Shown piece after piece: positions 28,478 through 38,440 of a stretch of 64,000 bases of DNA. Origin of the DNA: Octopus sinensis (taxonomy: Eukaryota); contig NC_043004.1 in NCBI RefSeq assembly GCF_006345805.1, positions 104,470,001 through 104,534,000 of the forward strand, in the 5' to 3' direction. A model generated the notes under the pieces. The model saw only the letters and a list, made by a program, of their open reading frames with translations. It was not told the DNA's origin and did not search any database. Position 1 is the stretch's first letter, and each line of letters begins with the position of its first letter. The position numbers were made by a program, and so were the translations under genes.

Positions 28478-31400
28478 CAAAAAATACCTTAGGAATGAGA
28501 ACCCAGGTTCAAAATTTCCCCAAGACACCTGATGAAGGTTGGAGGGTATGTCAGCCAAAAGGTTGTGTGTGTGTGTATATATATATATTTACAAATAATG
28601 AAGATTAATAAAAATATATAAATATGATGCAAGCTATTTTTTGGTTTATTGAAATTTTCTCCCATTTCAGAGAAGATAAACTAATTTCGTGGAAATTGTA
28701 ATCAAACACTTATTGACAAGGGGAGATAAACTTAAAATTGAAAAATATCCTCAAAATTGAAATACCCTATAAAAAAACACTTTGGTTGTCTAGAGACAAA
28801 AAGACAGCTGTTGACATGTTTCTGCCTCATTAGATGTCATCAACACAGCATTTGTCCTGTTTTGAATCCTGAAGCCTACCTAGATACTTAGACATTCACA
28901 AAACAGTGTATAAAACATTTGTATCCTACAGTAATTTGCTTAATTTAAACAAGAGCTGAATGAATTTAACATATGCCGAAAGAAATAACTCAAACAATAA
29001 AGATAAATGCACACACACACACAAACACACACACACACACACATAAACAAACAAACAATCCAGTTTAACTCGTGAGAAGGGCTTGATAATAAATCCATGT
29101 GATCTAAGGCATGATAAGCATCACCTACATAGCATAACACAGTGATTAATTTATACTGTCAGAAGAATAAACTTCATCAAATGTTTTGAACAAAAGCTCT
29201 TTTTCAAGAAACAAGACGGAGATAAATGGAATTTCTCCTGTAGGCTTGGAGTTTAGCTAAAAAATGGTTAAGAAAACAGAATTTGGAGTCGTTTCTCTGA
29301 CAATAATCAACAGAAGTAGGAGAATGAAAACAGGAACCAATACTGGAGGTTGTGCTTGCGGAATGTGTTAAAGGGGTGATATTGGTGGAATGTTGTTCTG
29401 TTGTTGCTAGGGGTGGCCGTGGTGTGGATTGGAGTGTTTGACGATCTGAAAAGTCATGTACATCACTAAGTTATTTGCCACTGTCTTTACACCAGGCACC
29501 CATTGCAGGAGATTGTATCCAGTCCATATGTTGCCAATGATATCACAAGTGGTGGACGGCATCCAAAACTGAAGATATTAACTGGGCCAAATGCATCTGG
29601 TAAAAGTGTATATTTGAAGCAGGTGAGAGACAGCTTTTTAATCTCTGCTTGCATGCTCTTTCTTTTTCTTTTCTTCTTGTTAAAAGGCGGATGGGAAGTT
29701 CCCGTGGCTTTTGGAGACCCTCCATGACTAGTAGGATTCATGTGGCTGATGTCTAACCTGAATACCTGCGAGTAAGAAAACGATGGCTCAAGTGAATCAG
29801 GTGCTTGCAATAAAGTGAATTCTGCTAAAGGCACCCAAAGGCCAGGTGGGGGTGTTAAACTGTGCATGGGTTGTGAGGCCTACTCCTGAATTTGGGTCTG
29901 TCATTTGCTTCCTTTATTATAAGTGAAAATTGATTTTTTTTTTTCCTTTTGCAGGTGCTTATTAGAATTTTTAGTTTTTACTTGTTTCAAGCAAGGTACA
30001 AACTGTAACATTCAAAAATACTCTCTTTCTCCCTTATAAAATATGCCCAAAAAATAAATGACTTCAATATGTTTGAAATTTCCAAATTTCTATGAATTTT
30101 CAAAGTAGAATTTGTCAAAATTCAAATTTCTGAACATGTCCCCATCTCAATTAGCTGGAACATGTTTTAATATATTATTTTAGACCAACATCACATTTTT
30201 GCACTTAATGATTTAAACTTTGTTATTCCTTGAAAATGGAAAATTTTTATGACTCCAATCCTGTTAAAATTTGCAAATTTTCATGATTTTCAAAAAAAAA
30301 AAACAACAAAAAAAAACTATTAGATCTTTCCAGGCATACATATTTTAATTAGGTGAGACAAATTTAATTTGTTATGTAGGTCCATCGGGCACATTTCAGA
30401 TTTGACAGTATAAATTTTAACTTAACTTGATAATTCCAAATTCTGAAGATTGCAGCCCTGTTGAAATTTACAAAAGTTAATACATTGTCTAACACCATTG
30501 TTCACAGTGTATATCATCATTTAATGTCCATTTTCCATTTTCCATGGACAGTTTAATAGAATCCAGTCTGTCCAAGGACTGTGTTGTGATCCAGTTTCTG
30601 TTTTGGCATGGTTTCTACAGTTGGATATTCTTCCTAATGTCAACCACTTTAGAGCATATACTTGGTGCCTTTTCTTTCTTTCTTTTTTTTTCTTGAGCCA
30701 CCAACACTAATGAGGTTACCTTACAGCTTACCAGACAATGAATCCCTTTGAAAATACTAACTGTAATGCTACATATTTGATAGTATCTCATCTGGTGTTG
30801 TGTGTTTTTTGCATTATGTCTTCATTTATCTGAGCTGATGGAAGTTCAGATAATCTTTAACTCTTCAAGTAATCAGAGGTTATTGAAATGCTATAAACGT
30901 CTCTCTGTATCTGAAGAACCCTTAAGAGTTGTAATGTAAGTTTGGTTTTGTGGTATTAAAGAAATGGCATATAAAATATCACCTGGATAGATTCTCTGTC
31001 CTTCACAATTAACATTCCCAGGTGATATAGGATAATCTGGTAACTGTTGCTGCCAACTAGATGAATTGAGGCAAATATTAATTTATCACGAGTAAACAGT
31101 CTTAAATGAACTGTGAATGCTGTCATGACTAAACGGATCCCTGATGGCTAGGTGAATGGAAACAATGTAGAATGAAGTGATCTCTCTCCAACAGAAACAA
31201 CAAAACTTCTGAACTGCAATTGAGTTGAACTCATGACCTATGAGCTGAGAGTCCAGTATTTTATCCCTTAGGACATTTGATATTGGCTGGTAACATATAT
31301 ATTTGTCTCTAGCAAAAAATGTAATACTAACAGATCAATTTGTTAGAGACTTTATTCTTTTGAAATTTCGTTTCACATAAATTGAACCAAATTCGATGAC

Positions 31401-34400
31401 TGGCACCTGTGCCAGTGGAGCTTTAACAGCTCCATCCGAGCGGGATCACTGCCAGAGCAGCTGTCTGGTTTCCGTACCGGTGGCACGTAAAGAGCACCAT
31501 TTGAGCGTGATCATTACCAGCGTCGCCTTACTGGCACATGAGCAAGACATTCGAGTGAGGTCGTTGCCAGTGCTGCTGGACTGACTCCTGTGCGGGTGGC
31601 ACATAAAAAACACCATTTGAGCGTGGCTGTTTGCCAGTACCGCCAGACTGGCCCTCGTGCCAGTGGCACATAAAAGCACCCACTACACTCTCGGAGTGGT
31701 TGGCATTAGGAAGGCCTTCCAGCTGTAGAAACTGCCAGATCAGATTGGAGTCTGGTGCAGCCATCTTGTTCACCAGTCCTCAGTCAAATCTTCCAACCCA
31801 TGCCAGCATGGAAAGCGGACATTAAATGATGATGATGCAGAAGTCCACCGTTATTTATGATGTTTGCTTGTTTCTTAAACATGTCATCTGAAGAATTTGT
31901 CATTGTCATTCTTGATTATTATATTATAGGTAGCCCTCATTTTGTACATGTCCTACATTGGCAGCTTCATTCCTGCTGAAAGTCCCAGCACTGTTTGTAC
32001 TGTTGACAGGATCTTTACTCGTATCAAGTCTCAAGAAAGTGTCTCTGTTGGGTTGTCAACTTTCATGCTCGATATTAACCAGGTGAGTTGGTCATTTATT
32101 CTTTTGACTTAACAATTCTCTGTAATATAGAGAACTTGTAGTAAGATGACTGCAGCAATAAAGATAATAGTGTTGGCAGTGGTGCAAGTTATGTTTTGCA
32201 ATAGATTTGAAAAGGAATACGTGGACTGTCCTTTTGTTGAGACCCAGCTTTGACCATCTCATTTTTTTTTTTTAACTAAAAGAAGTATAATGAGAACTTC
32301 AATTTTCCAATTCGTCCTTTCTTTTTGCTGGATCACAGGGTGTAATCTGTTGCTAATCCCAGCTCACGGGGCAGCTGGATAGAGGCTGCTTTGTTAACTT
32401 TGATAGTGGTGAGTGATAATGGAACAGACAATAATGTTATAATCTTCAATGATTTAAGTTGAGAGAAGCGGATGTAGTTTAGTTCCATGAATATTGTGGA
32501 ACTGTTCCTCCTCACATTGCCAATAATTCTAATCTCTTCAGAAAATGCATCACTCTTTCACTCCTCCATTCCCCTCTCTTATAAAACAGCAAATGATTAA
32601 ACCAGACAGAAACCCATTATTTCTAATTGTCATTTAGTCCCAGGTCAGCCCTAATTGAGCTGCTCTTTGATTAGGATGGTTCTTCATTCGAGGCTGGACA
32701 GTATGGGTATTCCCCATCCCATATATGATGATGTATGTAAAAAGGAGGCAAATTAGTAGAATTGTTGAAGCATTTGGCTAGAATGCATTGCAGTATTTAC
32801 TCTGGCTTTCTCTGTTTTCCAAGTTCAATTCCTGCCATGGTTAACTTTACTTTCTATCCTTCCAGTGTTGAGAAATAAACTGCCCCATTACATATTGCTG
32901 CCAGTCTATTCTCTCCTCACCCCCACCCTACCCCAGTCAGCTATGTTATGCTGAGTGATGGATTCTGGAGAACCATATGTGTATCACCATCATCTTTTTC
33001 ACCAGAAATTAAGAAACGGGTTGAGTGTGGCACCATCACTCTCTTCTCAAAGAGCAACGGCTATGCTACTGGCACCATCCAGCCAAATTCACTGATGTGC
33101 AGTATAGCAAGGAACAAACTAAGGAAGTGTATCTAAGACTACATCTATCCAATGTCCACATATTTATCCAATAATTACATCTATCCAATCAACCTTTTGT
33201 ATTTTTAAATGGTAAGTTGTGGTTTGAAGGAGACTTGGCTGCTATTTCTAGCTACAGTGACCACATAAAATCTTTCTCATTGACTCAGTTTTTTTTATAG
33301 CGGAAACATTTTCTTTGATTTTATCACTTTTCTTCATACTATTGACATTTTGTCTTGTCTCCTTTTCTTTTTTTTTATCCCTATATTGGCACCACAAAGA
33401 TGTCAGATTGTCTGAGACATGCAACAGGTAGATCTTTGGTCATTGTTGATGAATTTGGTAAAGGAACAGAATCGGTAAGTCTGACTTCATCTCTGCTAAA
33501 TGTGGTGCAAAGTATGAAGCCCTTATAATATCAGTCATTCTAGCTGACCTGAATATTAGTAGTCATTTAATTAATTAGTTAACTGGCTGGTTGGTTGTTG
33601 TCATCATCAACATCATCATTGTTGTTGATTAACCTCAGGTCAGTACTGACCTAGCAGACCTATAATCAAAAGCATCCCTGCCATGACCATCTCATCTTTC
33701 ATTTTTACAATCAATGGAGAAATAGATTTGCCCTGTTTGTATGTCTACCTTGTAAGTTATTTACGGAAATTGCCGCCACTTTGTAGCAATGGTTCATCAC
33801 TGTATGTCAGTGGGAGCACTGTAAAATTTACAAATGTTTTATTAGCTTACAGCATTGAGTACACATCCTTCCAAGGATCAGGACACATCATCAAGAAACT
33901 CATTCCAATATATTCTAGCTTTTCAAAGCAGCATGATGGCAGAATTGTTAGCATGCCAGGCAAAAAGCTTAGCAGATTTTCACCTGTCTTTGTATTCTGA
34001 GTTCAAATCCCAATGTGGTTGACTTTGCCTTTCATCCTTTTGGAGTCAATAAAATAAGTACCAGTTGAGTGCTGGAGTCAATGTAATCAACTTGCCCTGC
34101 CCCCAAAATTGCTGGCCTTGTGACATGAAATACAGTTGTTTCCACCAACAGGTTGATGGTTTGACATTGTTGTGTGCCAGTCTCCGTCACTGGCTCACCA
34201 TGGAGAACTGCCCCCATGTTTTGGTCAGTACCAACTTTCACGACATTATAGAACAGAAACTGCTGCCTGCTTCACCAACTCTTGAATATCTGGTAAGGAA
34301 TACTTGTTCAATTTTAAATGTGAGTCATCTGTTTGGCTATGAAGAAAACTAGCAGTATCGCCCGGCGTTGCTTGGGTTTGTAAGGGAAATAACTATATAA

Positions 34401-35993
34401 GCATTTTTAGAGATGTAAAGTATAATAGCCATCTCAATATGGCTAACCACAAAGGCGGGGTGTTACTGTAACTTTTTATGTTCTGAGATTTAATAATACA
34501 TTTTTAGAGAGTTACTTCCCTTATATATGCCAAAAATGCATTAAAAATGGGAAAAATTTATGGTAAATTTTTTTTTAAATCGTAGACTCATCATAGACGC
34601 GTGCTAATACCCAGACGGGCTCGATATGAATCACGACTATAAGATACCCGGTTTTGGTTAAACTGCACTGCAAAATGTGGGAGTAGTTAGGAATCTAAAT
34701 CGTAGGAGACAGCACACAACCTCTCTTTTATATATAAAGATATAACATAGATGATTAAAATGTGAGATCATCAGAGATGAACTCTTGAAATGGGTGCTCA
34801 TACTTTTTGTCATCTTTCATATAATCTTTATATCCATACCCAATATTTTCTTAAAATGTAGACATTTCTAAAACTTTAAATTATTATTAACTTGAAACAT
34901 TGGTTGAATAAGAAGTACCCTACAATATATAAACTCCTGGAGAACTGAATCAACCAACTCAGTTTCAAACTTTGGTTCAAACTATGTCATTTCAATTTTG
35001 ATAAATAATGCTCTTGTTGAAGTCATGAACATCACAGCATCCCATTTCTACTCTGGTTGTACATGTTTTAGAAGATACTCTAGTTTTAGTGCAGTTGAGT
35101 GCTTCTGCCCTGATGAAATTTGTGATTTGGTTTTCATCACTTCAGAAAGGCATGAATGTCACATAGTTTCATTTTCCCTTCTGTTTAATCTAAGGTTTTG
35201 AGTCTATGTAAGGCTTTTTAACATCAATTTATCTTAAACACTTCTAGATGTTTAAATAACTTCAAATGATTAATGCTTAAATACTTTCAGGTGTTGAAAT
35301 AACTTCCTTCTATAAAGGGTAAAGACCCCCTTCGGTCATGAATGACCATGGGATTGCACCTAGAAAGTTACCCTCCTAGACACAAGTCCGGGCAAGGTTG
35401 TTTATGGAAGACCGGCAGTCGCCCATGCATACCGGCCTCCCCTCTCCACGCCACCAGTGTTATCCAAGGGAAAGACAAAGGTCGATACAGCTTGGCACCA
35501 GTGATGTCGCAACTCATTTCTACAGCTGAGTGAACTGGAGCAACGTGAAATAAAGTGTCTTGCTCAAGAACACAACACGCAGCTCACAACCTCACGATCG
35601 TAAGCTCGACACTCTAACCACTGAGCCATGCGCCTTCACTTCTATAAGTGCTTAAATTTAAGCATTTTATGTCCAGTGTTTAGATATTTTTTTGATGTTT
35701 ATGTGACATTTTACTGAAAATATTTATATGATTTGGATGTTAAGCATCACTACATGTCTAACTATGGCTGCTGTAAGTGTTTAGGTTACATCTATCATGT
35801 TGTATGAAGACACATGTGTGAGGAGATAGGAGGGTTAGTTCATGATCATAAGGTCGTTGGTTCAATTCCTGAACTGGACAATGTGTTGTGTCCTTTTGAG
35901 TCTGGCACATCATTTCACATTGTTCCATTCTACTCAGCTCTGAATGAGTAACCGCTGAGTCCTTGTGCATCTCTCTTTTCCTTCTCTCTCTTT

Positions 35994-36030
<37 letters not shown>

Positions 36031-38371
36031 GAAATATCACATTGCTTTGGCTTTGTCATTTTATTTCACACACACACACACACACACACATATGGATAAA
36101 GTTAGTTATGGCCAGTCTATAAGATTATCCCAGATTTTGCATCCATAAAGCATTTAGGTTTTCAACATCTCATGAAACCCAGGGTAACCCCACAGACCAG
36201 CCACAACTAACTTTATTTAAATTCTGCTTCATAACTTAAAGTGTGCTTCTTTTTTTGATTTATGATATACTAATGATATATATATATATATCATTATATA
36301 TTATATATATATATATATAGGCGCAGGAGTGGCTGCGTGGTAAGTAGCTTGCTAACCAACCACATGGTTCCGGGTTCAGTCCCACTGTGTGGCACCTTGA
36401 GCAAGTGTCCTATGCTATAGCCCCGGGCCGACCAATGCCTTGTGAGTGGATTTGGTAGACAGAAACTGAAAGAAGCCTGTCGTATATATATATATATGTA
36501 TGTGTGTATGTGTTTGTGTGTCTGTGTTTGTCCCCCTAGCATTGCTTGACAACCGATGCTGGTGTGTTTACGTCCCCGTCACTTAGCGGTTCGGCAAAAA
36601 GCGACCGATAGAATAAGTACTGGGCTTACAAAGAATAAGTCCCAGGGTCGATTTGCTCGACTAAAAGGTGGTGCTCCAGCATGGCCGCAGTCAAATGGCT
36701 GAAACAAGTAAAAGAGTATATATATATATATATGTATCACACACTAATATGCACGCACATACACACAGTGTTGCATCCTGGATGTTCTGCTGAATCAAGG
36801 GTTAAAGGGCCAAGAATACATGTATGTCTGCTCACAACTGCAGAGGCACCTAAAAACCATTTATTAAAAGTATGACATATTTCACCAAGTCATACTCACT
36901 CACACACAACACAGTTAATCGTACTTGTATCTTGTACTTGGAATATACTTCAGTATTCAGATTTCTGTTAGATTCAAATATTTAAAATGACAACTTGGCT
37001 TTCGTTGTCATCGGACATTTCTCTTAACAGACAATGGAGACCTTGACCAATAAAGACGAAGTTGTCTTCCTCTACCAAATCACCAAAGGTTTCTCTGACT
37101 GTAGCTTTGCCAATGAAACAGCATTGCAAGCTGGATTACCTGTGGAGATTGTGGAGCGTGGCAAAACGGTAAGTTTGTATATATATTTCTGTGATAATTG
37201 ATCATAGGATAATTATATTAGTGCTCAGATAATGATTAGCTCACTTGCATGGTGGTATGCATTCACAGATATATTTAAATGTGTGGATAGTTTGTTATGA
37301 TATCTGTATGTTGGTACCCTGTCTCCAATGTATTTGTGATTGAATGAATGAATGAGTAGTCATCGTCATCGTTCCCACCACTGGCATGGGTTGGACAGTT
37401 TGACTGCGGACTGGCAAGCCAGAGGGTGTACCTGGCTCCAATCTTATCTGGCAAGGTTTCTACAGCTGGGTATCCTTCCTAACACCAACCACTCCGAGAG
37501 TGCAGTGAGTGCTTTTTCATATTCATCATTGTCATTGTTGTTTTAACATCCACTTTCCCATGCTTGCATGGAACAGACAGAGTTTATTGAGTCAGATTTT
37601 CCACAGCTGGTTGCCTTTCCTGTCACCAACCTTCACCTGTTTCCAAGTAAATTAATACTTCCCAATGGCCAGACATGTCTTCACAGAATATTGGAAATGA
37701 ATGCCATTGTCTGTACCACCTGACTGGCCCTCATGCCGGTGGCATGTAAAAGCACCCACTACACTCTCAGAGTGGTTGGCATTAGGAAGGGCATCCAGCT
37801 GTAGAAACTCTGCCAGTTCAAGATTGGAGCCTGGTGCAGCCATCTGGTTCACCAGTCCTCAGTCAAATCGTCCAACCCATGCTAGCATGGAAAGCGGATG
37901 TTAAACGATGATGATGATGAATGACACCGCTTGTATGACAGTAATATGCATTTACAACTGCCATGCAGTGTCAAGGCAAGGCAACATTAACATACACACA
38001 CACACACACGTTATGTGTGCATGTATATATACATGTGATTGTACATATAGCATCATCATTTAATGTCTACTTTCCATGCTGGCATGGGTTGGACGGTTTG
38101 ACTGCGGACTGGCAAGCCAGAGGTTGTACCGGGCTCCAATCTGATCTGGCAAGGTTTCTACAGCTGGGTGCCCTTCCTGACAGCAACCACTCTGAAAGTT
38201 CAGTGAGTGCTTTTTATGTGCCACTGGCACAGGCCAGTCAAGTGGAATTGGCATTGACCACACTCGGATGGTGCTTTTTATGTGTCACCAGCATAGGAAC
38301 CAGTCAGGCGGTACTGGCAAGAACCACACTCAGATGATGTCTTTTATGTGCCTATATATATATATCTTTAC

Positions 38372-38440
<69 letters not shown>

